Below, in pieces: positions 47,437-59,246 of a stretch of DNA of 64,000 bases (within the stretch, counting starts at the first letter, position 1; the number at the start of each line of letters is the position of its first letter). Source of the DNA: Minutocellus sp. GHC0000111 (lineage: Eukaryota); contig OZ361257.1 in NCBI GenBank assembly GCA_977018835.1, forward strand, positions 2,852,001-2,916,000, read 5' to 3'. Made by a program: the position numbers and the translations under genes. The notes under the pieces were generated by a model that saw only the letters and a list, made by a program, of their open reading frames with translations, did no database searches and had not been told where the DNA came from.

Positions 47437-48552
47437 CTATTTCGGGCTCTCGTCATGAGCTTGCTGAGAGCTAGAGAGAGCTACAATAGACTTTCTAGAG
47501 TTGTCGTGCGCTTTCTGTACTTCTTCGCCACTTTTGATAGTGTCGCTGCCTTCTTCTTCATCATTGGCCTTTCCACCATCAATTTCTTTAATGTCTTTGC
47601 GCTTCGGTAGCACGTCAACCAAGGCTTGCTTCCAGTCGTTATTATTTTCTCTGTACTTGAGCAAAATCTCAAATACGTGGTTTGTCGTGAGGACCTTCGT
47701 ACTGAACAGTTTGAGGTGTTGCGATATGGGGAGTTTGGCAGTCGCGATACCAAGTTCCTTGGCCCGATTGAGAGTGGCGCACTTCAGCCTATTGCGATCA
47801 ACGATGCCTCCAATAACATAAATCTTTGAATCGTCCAGATGCTCGAGCGTGTTGTCTGAATCGCTTGTGAGATAAACCAGCTTATCCTTTACGTGGGCAT
47901 GCATCTCTTCCAGGGGTTTGTCACTAAAATCAAACGCTTTCGTTTTTTGCCATTGCTCAGGAAAGCCGCAGACATTATCGCAGTGCTCCCTTGTCAACCC
48001 CGATAGGCTAGGAACGGTAAAGTAGCATGGATTCTTCGACCTCTTGTTGGCAGCGTAGCAATATCGCTACTGCTGAGCCAACGAATTGATCTCCTTCTTC
48101 GTCATGTCCTTCTCAAAGCCACAATCAACGGCGATCCGGAAGCGAGACTTGGCACCCTCCATTTTCGCCAGCCATTTCTCTTCCCTCCGGCGCCGACCCT
48201 CACCAGATTCCTCGTTCTGCTTCTGGATGCGACGTTCCTCGTCGAGATCCCTACCAGCAGCAAGTGCCCTGGCTCTCTTCTGCTCCCTCTCCTGCTCCTT
48301 CCTCCGACGCTTGATTTCCATCGCCTTTTCATAGCGCCGCTTCTTTTTCGTGGCCTTTTTTGAAAGCTTTGGCGGATCAACAGCAGCAGCAGGTGCTGGG
48401 GCTGGGACCGGGGCTGGAGCAGAGGCAGGAACAGCCGCAGCAGGGGCCGGGGCCGGATCAATCACAGCAGCAGGGGCCGGAGCTGGAGTAGAGGCAGCAG
48501 CAGCAGCAGCAGCAGGAGGAGCAGCAGGGGCGGGAGCAGCTGGTTCACTCAT
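47437..48552 (-). CDS. TRM10: tRNA m1G9 methyltransferase TRM10-like, with an in-frame TAG at 48067-48069
   Basis: IAVDCGF...SLAQQ*RYCYAAN; LVYLTSDS; YVIGGIVDRNRLK; TAKLPI; VLTTNHVFEIL; VLPKRK. Confidence 0.9.
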
Positions 48553-48922
48553 TTTGTTGCACAGATGATGAAGAGATGTGCAGAAAATTGATGGGTAAGG
48601 ATAAGCGATTTCCGATATCTTCGATGGCGGAAGAAAGCTTGCTGATTTTATTATATTCCTGGTGATCGCAAGGAGCATAGAAACAAAGCCGGTCGAAATG
48701 GGGGGGGGGATGCAGCTGATGAGTGGCTGTGGCGGTTTGCGCGCAAGTCGATAAAGCGACCCGGAGGACGTTGTGACGGACCGCTACCGATACCGGCCGA
48801 GAACGAACGCAAATCATCGAATCGATCAGAAGCAGGGCCCCCGTTGCTTGGCCTACCTGAAGATATTCATTGCATTTTTACTGGCTAGTCACATCGCATT
48901 GTTTTGGTAGTGACAAAGAACC

Positions 48923-49183
48923 ATGCCGGAATCATCGCCGCTGCCGCTGTCATCGTCATCCTCTTCGTCGATCAAAATCCTGGCAACGACGCATGCCCTG
49001 GTGTTCCTGGCGGGTGTTGTGGCTGGCAGGAGTCTAAACGCTGATGAGCTTGCGGCGTACCGAGCGGCTCGAGATGAAGAGCGGAGCAAAAGATTGAAAC
49101 GAGCGGCGGCAAAGGCTGCGCTTGGATTCGCAGCGTTTAGTGTTGCGATGATTGGACTTCGCGTGAAGCGCGCTTCGTCTTGA
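48923..49183 (+). CDS. Small hypothetical membrane protein
   Basis: 86-aa ORF with two hydrophobic segments flanking a charged helix. Confidence 0.45.
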   Translation: MPESSPLPLSSSSSSSIKILATTHALVFLAGVVAGRSLNADELAAYRAARDEERSKRLKRAAAKAALGFAAFSVAMIGLRVKRASS

Positions 49184-49851
49184 TGGTGATGTAGAAAGGT
49201 ATATGTAGTGGGCCCATGGATAATAGATGTGCGGTGTGGTAGTGGCGGTGGCAACGGGGAGAGAGTGGGATTTGATATTGAGCGGCTGCCCTGTGCAGTG
49301 TGAAGGGGGTGAAAGGCGCGACAGATCTTTTATTGGAATACGAATTCCATGAAGAATGAATGAAGATTCGATTCAACCACCCTTGAGCTTGAACGAACAG
49401 ACATGTTGCGGTTGGGAGGAGCATGGAAAAAGAGCAAGTATCGTTCGTATATTATCTAAGCAATATGAATTATAGCGCATGGAGAAATATGGGAAGTAGA
49501 GAGGTGATGCAGATACCAATATGCAGTACCGGTACGCATGACTCTCTGACCAGCATATGAGAGAGAGAGAGAGAGTCGAGAGAGAGAGAGCTTGAAGACA
49601 TTGATCTACAGGAACATAGGAATTCCTAGATCTAGTATTCGACTCTGCAGTAGACATGAAAAGGAGGTAAAAATAAATCAGCACAGCACTACTACAGCAG
49701 GCAGAATCTTATGCACTTGTACCGGCAAGAATGTTCAGGTCTCCACACACTCAAATTGAATCGTCAATCCTTGTTTGTCCGCATGGTTAAGGTGCAGAAT
49801 GCATTTTTAAAATGCATTAAAGTAGCAAAAATATTGGTTTTAGTCGATGGC

Positions 49852-49933
49852 GACACCATGGCCGAGTGGTTAAGGCGTTGGTCTTGAAAACCAATGTGCT
49901 TCGCACGCGGAGGTTCGAATCCTCCTGGTGTCG
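49852..49933 (+). tRNA. tRNA-Ser (anticodon TGA)
   Basis: Acceptor stem GACACCA/TGGTGTC, D arm TGGCCGAGTGGTTAAGGC, anticodon arm TTGGT-CTTGAAA-ACCAA, long variable arm GTGC-TTC-GCAC and T arm GGAGGTTCGAATCCTCC. Confidence 0.97.
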
Positions 49934-50180
49934 TTTGTTTATCCTTTTTGTTACAAGCGTTATGGAATCTGTGTGCGGACTATCAACAGGCAGACGTAGG
50001 CCTAGTATTTGAACAGGACGTCATGTTTTACACGCGGTGGGTACATGTACCAGGAGCATGTCGGAGCAAAATCACGACTTACTCGACTCGACTGACTCAT
50101 CGGACCATCTCCGGGTCCGTGCCTCCGGCCTCAACTCGTTCGTCACTCGCCAAACGCCCATCAAAGCCGAGCCATCCACC

Positions 50181-50669
50181 ATGAAGGTCGTCTCCGCTCT
50201 GATCGTCGCCACTGCGGCATACTCTGCCGAGGCCTTTGCTCCCTCGACGACTGCCCAGTCCGCCACAGCGACGGCCCTTTCGGCCACTCGTCGTGAGGTC
50301 GGATCTGCCGCCTTTGGTGCTGCCGCCGCCATCCTCTTCACTGGTGCTGCCGCCGCCCGGGCCGAGGATGAGTCGAACGAGCTCATCGACACACTGAAGG
50401 CCCGGTCGGAACAAAACAAGGATGCCAACAAGCATTACGCGATGCGAGCTGATAAGATGAGCAGCCGTGACATCAAGGACGTCAAGACCCGTAAGCCCAA
50501 GTTCGTGTCCATCAAAACCGCTACCGGAAAGACCAAGCTCATTACCAGCGATGAGTTTGCCACCCTTGAAAACGACGGAAAAATCCGGACGGAGTACGGC
50601 ACCAGAATGAAGCAGGGAGGCGGAGAGATGGTCGATTACACCAATGTGACCTATTATCTCGAGGAATAG
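50181..50669 (+). CDS. Plastid thylakoid-lumen (Tat-targeted) hypothetical protein
   Basis: Signal plus AEAFAP, then twin-arginine TRREV...AAAARA cleavage site. Confidence 0.8.
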   Translation: MKVVSALIVATAAYSAEAFAPSTTAQSATATALSATRREVGSAAFGAAAAILFTGAAAARAEDESNELIDTLKARSEQNKDANKHYAMRADKMSSRDIKDVKTRKPKFVSIKTATGKTKLITSDEFATLENDGKIRTEYGTRMKQGGGEMVDYTNVTYYLEE

Positions 50670-51633
50670 ATATATATTATGTGTGGCGCTGTGTAGTGTC
50701 GTAGTGTCGCATGCTTTCGATACCGCGCCACGAGGCGACGTCTTGGAAAAGCCCAGGATACAGGATATCGTCAGTCATATTTGCTAGCTAGCTACTGATC
50801 CATTCGCTTGGTAAGTTCATCGAAATACAGCCAACGACTCTGCGTTGCATTTTGAATGTATTTTCCCGGTTACTGTTGTCTCTGTTGATAAAGACTCGAA
50901 TGTACATTATTATTATTGTTGCATTTGCAGGATTGTGGGCGTGCAGGCGTGGGCCCTTGCCAGTCAGCACACTGTAGATAAATACAAAAGCTAATTTTTT
51001 GTTATCTTTGGGCACATAAAAATACATTTACTCCATATTGCATGCGTGTACATGTAGAATTGAATCATGCACATGAAAGAGATCGATCGGAGCACAAGAG
51101 GTCATCATGAAGCAGAGGACAAACATTCTCTAGATCTAAGGGAGGCATGGGTTATAAAAGAGAAACAGTCATGTGCGGCAGTATGTGTAATGATTGAAGA
51201 GCAAGCACAATCAATCAAACAAGGAAAAGCAGCAACACGCAGGCGATCTCTAGTAGATCTACATACCGTTCAGTACACCAGCCCAACGGAAAAAAGAATC
51301 ATCCCAGCCCAGCTCTCAAAAACTCTCTTCCTCTCGCGGCACCAACTCGCACTCAGAGTGAAATAGAGTGGAACAGTGGAACAGCAAATAGAATCTACTT
51401 ACTACTAGTACCAGCTAGCTAGAGTACAAGCCGGCAAATCACTCCAATATCTTTACATTTTGCTTATGAATGGTCACCAAAGATCCACGAGAAAGCGGTC
51501 GAGAGCCGTGCCGTCATGTCCCCATGGCTTTCCGGCGCCCCAGATCACTGCATCGCGATCGCATGATCCGTCTCGAGAGTCTTTTCCTGCTTTGCTGAGT
51601 GCCTGCGAACTGATCCCATCCAGCGACGGGGTT

Positions 51634-54600
51634 ATGCTGGTCTCTCAAAGTGGTGCGTCTATCGATCTCGAAATAGATCATCCCCTCCAAGGCAGCAGAG
51701 TACCATCGTGGTTTCTATCTTCTTGGCTCTCCTCTGGGGTTTCGCGACTGCAAGTAATACGACGACGACATCGAATGTCGCTTCAATACACAACCGAGCT
51801 TTTGACAGGACTGAAAAGGGGAAGAACGCACAACTCACTTTCGCTAGTAATGGACGTCAAGCAGACAATCGAGGGCTTGGTCCACCGAGATTTGATCCGA
51901 GATTGCGGTTTTGTTCCAATATTGCAAGTCGTCTCTGCGGCAAATGTTCCAGTTACTACAAGAAGCTTGTCAAGAAGAAGAAGTGCAAAAGGAAGGAATG
52001 CAAAAAGAAATTTAGGAATTGCATGTTTGGCAAGAGTAGGACGTTGGTGCGAAAATTTAATTGGCACTGTGATAAGAGACTCAAGGTGACATGGCCAATT
52101 AAAAACATATTCGGAAGGCGTGGCAGATACAGAGGACGGAAGTTTGATTATCGAAAGATGAGACTGGTCGATTGGTGCAGACCACCGAAAGTGCGACGTC
52201 GAAGACCAAGGAATGGCGACGACTGCGGAGAGGAAATGAATACTATGCTGAAATGGAGGTTCTGCTTGATTTGTACTGTCCAGTGAATGAGCAAAATCAA
52301 CCCATACAGCCCCAAGACGAAAGATCTTTGATGGAGCGAGGGATTCTGCTATTTTTGAATTCCGAATCTGCATGCTTTGGTGAGGATGAGTGTGAACAAA
52401 TTCGATATGATACTTCAACAATCCAGGAGTTGATCGCCGGAGAAGACTGTTGCCCCATATACGCGGCTCAAAACATTGCTTGCCCAACAACCTCGAGATT
52501 CCTAATTTCTGAGGAATTCGACGGGTCGATGGAAAGCTTCGAGGCGATCATGAATCGACAACTCCAGCGTCGTAGAAAGACAAAAGTAAAAAAGCGCCTC
52601 AGCGGAAGGTGTAGAAGTCGTAAGAAGAAATGTAGGCGCAAGGAGAAACGGCGTCGATTAGAGGTTAGCTTTGACAGCATGAATGGCTCAATGAGTATAC
52701 CCGTAGGCGATGGCGGAGGAAAGGTCAGCACGTACTTCTTGCGCAATGGCGGGATCGGAAGGATTGATAATGGCAGCGAGCAGCACGAGGAGAATCCTTT
52801 GCCTCGGCCAACGCATGTTGCTCGACATCTTCAGACCAATGCACTAGAAGTCAACATTGGAGATCTGACACCTGTCGAATGCGAGGCGCTGACCTTGGAA
52901 GAATCCATCCGGCAACAGGATCCCGTCGCTTTTCGCACAATCACTTCCACCGAAGAAGAAGAATACGTTGAGTATCCATCCTGTCAAGATCCATCCTCGT
53001 TCGAATGCAATTCGCCACTAGGGGGGTATGTTTGCTGTGGAAAAGGTCAATGTAAATGCGATATCGGGTCCAACACTCGATGTGAAGAAGGCACGCTCTT
53101 TGGCACTACACAAACCCAGTGTTATCTGAATTCAGATGGTTTGCAAGGAAGTATCGCAAGTAGACAAGACAACCTTTGCTGCGATCTGTACGTCGGTCCT
53201 CCCATCTCCTACAGATGCGACTGTAGTGCCAGTGTCTGTGGCCCACTACCAACGGCGCAGTGTGGCAGACAGCCATGGATAAACACCATCGACTCTGGTT
53301 CGATAAATGCACGCGCTGGGAGCTTCGTTATTGAGGTTGATTTCAACATCATCGATGTATGTTCTGCGACTCTTGCCAATCGAAACAGTATCGAAATGAC
53401 GGTGAGGAGTGTGGTCGATACGTATGTGAAGAACTTAATTCAATACAGTGGGTGTGGCCGATCCAATTTGAGCGAAAATGGAATCACTGTGTCCTCTGTT
53501 AATGTTGTTGCCAATATAGACAAATGTCCTGGGAACTCGCGGAGGTTGGGTGTGCCTGAAGGTACTGCTTCGCGCAAGCTACAATCTGGAACAACCTGTG
53601 TTGATTCTGCCACTGGGCAAACATCACCTAGTGTGACATTTAGCGCCCGGATCACAGGCCAGTTCCGCACCTACCAACCTCTGGCATTTCCTATTGAAGA
53701 GGGCATTGTGTACGACGGATTTGATCCACCTGCCTCCGCTCCAAGCCCAAGCGATCAAAATGCATGCTCATGTGATAGTCTCATTTGCAAGGAGGTGAGA
53801 GATGCCTTGATAGATACTTCCGGTGCCAATGTGAAAAATGCAGGAGTTACCACGACGGGAATTGAGATTCAAATTTCAACACCCGACCCAACTCCTAGCC
53901 CAACAAAGGCACCAAGCAAGAGTCCAACGAAAGATCCTACACGAAATCCTACTTCATCGGTAAGTTATACTTATGTGATGTGTATTGTGAAACCAATTAG
54001 AGACCGGGACAGTTGGTCGGTATTGCAGTATCAAATTGCACCATTCCATCTAATCGTCTGATGTACACGTGAATCCTTTTCTCTCTACCATTTGTTGTAC
54101 GTATCAGCCAACAAAGGCTCCGACAAAACAACCAACGCCGAGAGTAAGTATTGTTGCGCGAAGGATTCGTCGGTTGATATTACTCAATGCCTGTTGCAAT
54201 TCGAACGAGTCAGTATACTGATCTATAGATGTACATAATATTTCCCTCCGATATTTTTTGCTTTCACAACAATACCAATTGGAAAATTAACTATTGCAGC
54301 CCACATCGCCCCCGACGAGACGACCGACAAAGTCATCAACAAATACGCCGAGCAGATTACCTTCGGATATCCCTTCGGTTGTCCCTTCTACGTTGCCGTC
54401 TCGAAGTGTAAGTGAGATTTTGTTTGCCATCACCAATTTTTGGCTCCATATCGCATTTTTATTATTTCGAACACTTGTTGCAAAATTATGCTAAGCTCAC
54501 TTATAATGTACTTCTTCCTCTTTGTTCTTATCGTAGCCTTCGCTGTTTCCATCGTCGGGACCGACTAAAAGCTCTGCATTGCCGAGTTTGGACCCCTCAA

Positions 54601-54870
54601 GCATGCCTAGTCTGGATCCAAGCCCAGCATCCCAACAGCCCTCTTTGATACCTAGCTCGAAGCCATCCCAACAGCCCTCTTTGATACCTAGCTCGAAGCC
54701 ATCCCAACACCCCTCGTCGGGACCAAGCGTCCGGCCTTCAGTGAGCAATGCTCCGAGTTTCGAGCCATCTGCAACACCATCGGTCAGCCTCTCTCCCTCT
54801 GTCAGTCAAGCACCGACGCAAGATTTTGGTCTTGGAAGAGAGTGTTCAAATGCATCCGAATGCGAAGCTC
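51634..54870 (+). CDS. Cys-rich secreted/cell-surface protein with polybasic stretches and PT/PS repeats; frameshifted and apparently 3'-truncated
   Basis: ORFs 51708-52286 and 52172-53958, then several short PT-repeat exons with GT-AG introns. RRL motifs. Ends at 'ECSNASEC', where the opposite gene begins. The start is uncertain. Confidence 0.65.
54625..54710. repeat. 36-bp coding tandem repeat (PSQQPSLIPSSK)
   Basis: 'catcccaacagccctctttgatacctagctcgaagc' occurs twice, plus a partial copy. Confidence 0.85.
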
Positions 54871-56865
54871 CTCCACCTTCGCTAGCTTCTCTCTTAGGAC
54901 CTTTCTAAAGTCTTTGTCCGGATTGGGCAATGGAGGATTAATCTTGAGTATCTGCACGTAGTCAATTTCGGTACAAATTCTGCCCTTCGTCAGATCGGAC
55001 GCGCTGTCCCCGTCCTCGAAGAACACTGTGTATCTCGCGGGTCCCTCATCCGTGATAGGCCCGTCGTGCCCAACAACATAACCCCAATAAAACATATTGT
55101 TTTCCGGAAAGGCTGCGTACACCCTGGCCCCGATGCTTCTGTCGGTGGAGATGATCCACGTCACGTTCTTGGCCGAATTGACCTCGTCGCCATACCTCGT
55201 CGGAGATTTGTTGCCGCCACTGTCGTTCTTGTTGTTGCCAGCGTCGTCATCACTTTCGTCGTCGGAAAAGGGACTAGCCTGTAGCGACCTCTTCTTCTTC
55301 TTGGGAGATGTACTGGTCGTTTTCGCCGACGATGCCCAGCTACTGGAAAAGCTGCTCTTCGACGCTGCTGCCTCCGAGGTGGCGGGAGACCTCCGTCCCT
55401 TATTGCTGCCATTAGCTCGTGCCCTGCTCCGGCTATTAGATTTCCCCATTGAAGCGCTGGTTCCCGATGAGATGCTGCTAATGCTGATATCAGTGTTGCT
55501 CTTTCTGCTTCTATTGGTACGGCCGGTACCAATGCTGGTTTTTGTGCTCTTACCCATTGCCCTTGGCAAAGGCTTGGCTGCAGGTTTGCAGTCCAAATCA
55601 GAGTCCGAGCTGCTACTGGTACTGCTAAAGTCCAAAGCATTTGCAGATGCAGATGCAGCTACGGTAGTTGCCTTCTTTCTGGCCGCTTTGGCCCTCATAT
55701 TGACCCCACCTCGCTGCCGCTTCGTCGAGGAAGGTGCCGAACTGACCGCAGGGGACTGCCTCACGGACGGACTGCTGGTGGTGGTGGTCTTCTGGGCTTT
55801 GCCTGCACCTGGCCGGGCCTTGGTCCCCAGCGCCGATTTCGTTGGCGTGGCCGCCTTTTTCGATGGAGACCTTCTCCTCTGCCGTTCCACGAACGCCTTT
55901 ACCTCCTCCAAGGCCTTACTTTTCGCGGCAGCAAACTTGGCGCTGGCCTCCTCACCGCTGATATGCTGCTCCTCGTTACTACATGTACTACCAACACCAA
56001 GACCACTACCACCGTTGCCGCCCTTACCGTTGGGGCTCTTATCACCACTTCCAGTAGTAGTGCTACTGGCGAGGCCCAACAATCGTCCGACGATGCGGCG
56101 AGCCACCGAGGCCTCCATCTTGGAATCGAACACCCCGATCGTCCGAACCTGACCTGCGTACGTGATCTGAGTCTTCCAACGCTCCGGACTCATGCCATCT
56201 TCGTTTGCGGTGCCCTTACCACCTGTTCTGGGTGTGCGATAGGACGACGCCTTGTCGGTATTCGGCGTGCCGGTGCTGGACCGACGTGTGGGGGTCTGCA
56301 GAGGCCGCTTCGTCGTACTGCTCGTAGTTGGCGTGGATGGCTTGCCCGCCTTGCTCGACGCCGGAGTTGTGCTGGCCGTGCTGCTGCTGCTGCTGCTTTT
56401 CTTGCTGTCTAAAGCCCCTGCAGAAGCTGCTGCACCTCCTTTGCCCCCATGCGACGCATTGGTATCGGTGCTGGTGGTACCCTTGGTCACTGCCTCGGTG
56501 GCGGTATTGGAAGCCACCGGCGCCGAAGCCGCCGCCGCCACCGAGGCCGAGGATGAGGACGTGCCGGTAGAAGCGGGAGATTCCTCCCTGGCCCGCCGCG
56601 CCCGTTCCATTCTCAGCCGGTGGCGTCTCAGATCCTCCTCGTCGTCCGACGAATTGAGCGGAGATCTCGTCGGTGACCTGCTGGCATGGGCAGGAGGTGG
56701 CTTAGATGCCGATGCCGATGCCGAGGCGGTGCTGCTGGAAACGAAATCGACCTCATCCTCACTCGAAGAATCAAACGAGCCGGAGGAAGAGGAATTCACG
56801 GCCGACAGATCGACAAATGCCGACGGGGAGCGTTCCGCTGTCTTTGCCTGTCCTTCTCCCATCAT
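54860..56865 (-). CDS. Ser/Lys-rich nuclear protein with an AP2-like and a Tudor-like domain; apparently 3'-truncated
   Basis: WKTQITYAGQVRTIGVFDSKMEASVAR (AP2-like); IGARVYAAFPENNMFYWGYV...YTVFFEDGD (Tudor-like). Confidence 0.65.
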
Positions 56866-57239
56866 GGTAGTGCGTGCTGGCAGGCTGGCAACTCGTGTAC
56901 GTCCCGACCCCCGCCGCGCCCGCCATGGGTTTGTGCCGGCCGGGCGGATTTTGTTTTGCGATGGTTTCCCGCGCGCCGCCCCGATTCCCGATCCGGGTTT
57001 CTTGTTTCATGTTTTTACTCGAGTGAGTCGAGTGCATGCTTCCATCTCCACATCTCCACCCACGCCACCACACCGGCTGAGCATGGCCCGATGGCCCTCC
57101 ACCCTCCACAATACACCCTCGCATCGGACCGGACCACCTTCCCACCTTTAAGAGGGAGCTTCGCTCGGCAATTACTACGTGTACCTATCTAGCTGGCTTG
57201 GCTCCATCTCTTGGCGCTACTCGTAATTTTAATTGTTGA

Positions 57240-58906
57240 ATGATGAGATCTACCGCCTCAAGAGCAGCAGCGGCACTCTTCGGCACCCTCATCCTGCTGT
57301 CGTGTCTCCCGTCGCTACACGTGGTGTCGGCCGCCAAAAGCCAAGGCCGCCACCAGGGCATTGCGAGCAGCTCCGGTGATCCATACGCATTGCTCTCCTC
57401 TGCCATTCAAAGTCGGATATCTGCCGATGGCACTGGCATCGGCACTAGCACTGGCGCCGGCAAATCCAGCACAGCCAGCATCCGCCGGGCCCTCAAGTCG
57501 CTGTCGCAGGCCCAATCGGCCCTCAAGGGGATCGACGGGGCCTCGCACGAGCTGTACCAGCGAACGCACAAGTCGGCCTCGTCGGAGCTGGTGGTGGAGG
57601 ACGACGATGACGAGGACAGCGCCATGACGACAAGTACTGGACCGGCGGGAAGGGCGGCGCGGTCGGCGGCTCGTCTGGGCATAGTAGCCGATGGGCTATG
57701 GGCTGCCGAATTGTGTGAGCTGGTGGAACGGCCAGATGTGGCACTGCGACCAGAGCGACAGGATGATGCCGATGCTTCAGAAGAGGAAGTGGAGGAAGAA
57801 GAGTCGAAAGTTTTGGACAATACACTCACCATTGGCGAGGGGAGACAAATATGGCTCAATACTACCACCAGTGGTAATCTGCCCATCAATGTTTTGGTCC
57901 TGTACGAAAAATCCTACAACGGCGGTGCTGGATACAGTCACGGTGGAATCGATGGTATTGCCACGGCACTGGAAGATTCGATCGAAAATGACGCCAAGCC
58001 CAGAGGGAGACTTCTAATCTTACTTGGAGATCAATACGGCAACGACCTACCGGCGACGATTTCGGTACTGGACCAAGAGCAACGAATCATATCGTTGGAT
58101 TTGGACGGGTCAGCTGCCGAGGCTGGACTGCCACCATCGGCACGGATGGCATCGGTCTGTGGGCCGCTCTACGATGCCGCCAGGGATGTACTGGAAGCCA
58201 TCCGACCGGCGCTGGAACGAGCCGAGGAGGCGCGAGGAGACGGTGGCGATAGGACGAACATGCAATACACTTTGTGGGACGATCTTTGGCGGGGGGAGTC
58301 GGTGCTTTGGCAGCTACGATGATGGATGGAATCCTTCCCTTGGAAGAGGCTGACGAAGATGAGGACGAAGAAAAGTCTGAAAGACAAGAAACAAAGAAGC
58401 CACTCGGTGGCCACGGCAGAGGACGGACATCCGCATTCGTTCTAGGGCCACCTCCCTGCCTGTCCAACAATATCAAGGCAGATTTCGTCAAGAGCGTCAT
58501 CCACGGAGACGATGCCATCTGCCGAACGACGAGTGAGAGCATTCATCGATTGTGCCAGAGGGCGCGCCATGCAATGAAGGGAAATCCCCTTGGAACCAAG
58601 CTGAGTTGGATGTCCAATGCCGTTTCGCTGACTGTATCAGGCGTTAAGGCCCATGCCAAGGGAAAGAAGGGAGGAGAAAAGCACCTTTCTGTACCTCGTA
58701 TGGTTTATTTGGTCAGGCCGAGACGTTACGAAGGGTCGAGCATACATGAAGTGTCCAGTAGTCAGGGCGCTATCAAAGTTAGAAGTGCCGTCCTGTGGCA
58801 GCTCAATGATGTGCTACTGAGCAAGAGCCTTTGGGCACATCATAGTCTTGACGCCTACATTAGAGGTCTGAATCGAGTTCAGCTGAGATCAGTCAAGGCG
58901 GCATGA
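57240..58906 (+). CDS. Secreted class-3 lipase-like alpha/beta hydrolase, frameshift at about 58250
   Basis: Signal peptide; the shifted frame reads HAIHFVGRSLAGG, LGPPPC, SVIHGDDAICR and HHSLDAY. Confidence 0.7.
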
Positions 58907-59246
58907 CAATGTTTTTCGTCGTGATTTCAAGACGAAGGAGAGAAAGAGTATTTCCTTTTCAAGTAGTCGTATCATTCCTTATCGCTAAAAACGTACAGCT
59001 GCACAAATAATTTCCTAGTTATGAAGTAGCTAACACTTGCATGTTATCATGCAGTGCGCGTTGTAGGCATCGTCTTTCTTATGAAAGGACGTATGCCAAT
59101 AAATGGTACAGATGCACAGATATCTCATAGAAACATAAATATACATAGAAACGTGGCAGCATTTGACAGGTCCAGGATGGCATGTTCTTTTCTCCTATCC
59201 TTGCCTCGTCGGAAAAAACTGCAATTCAATTCAATCTAATCCTCCT

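Noticed and set aside
47437..48552. Genetic-code reassignment of TAG
   Set aside because: TAG is the normal terminator of the SLC35B2-like, YbaB, SLC37 and TRM10 genes here, and there is only one internal case.
55097..57151. Long plus-strand ORFs (351 and 299 aa) and similar shadow ORFs elsewhere
   Set aside because: They are antisense shadows of GC-rich, low-complexity genes on the opposite strand.
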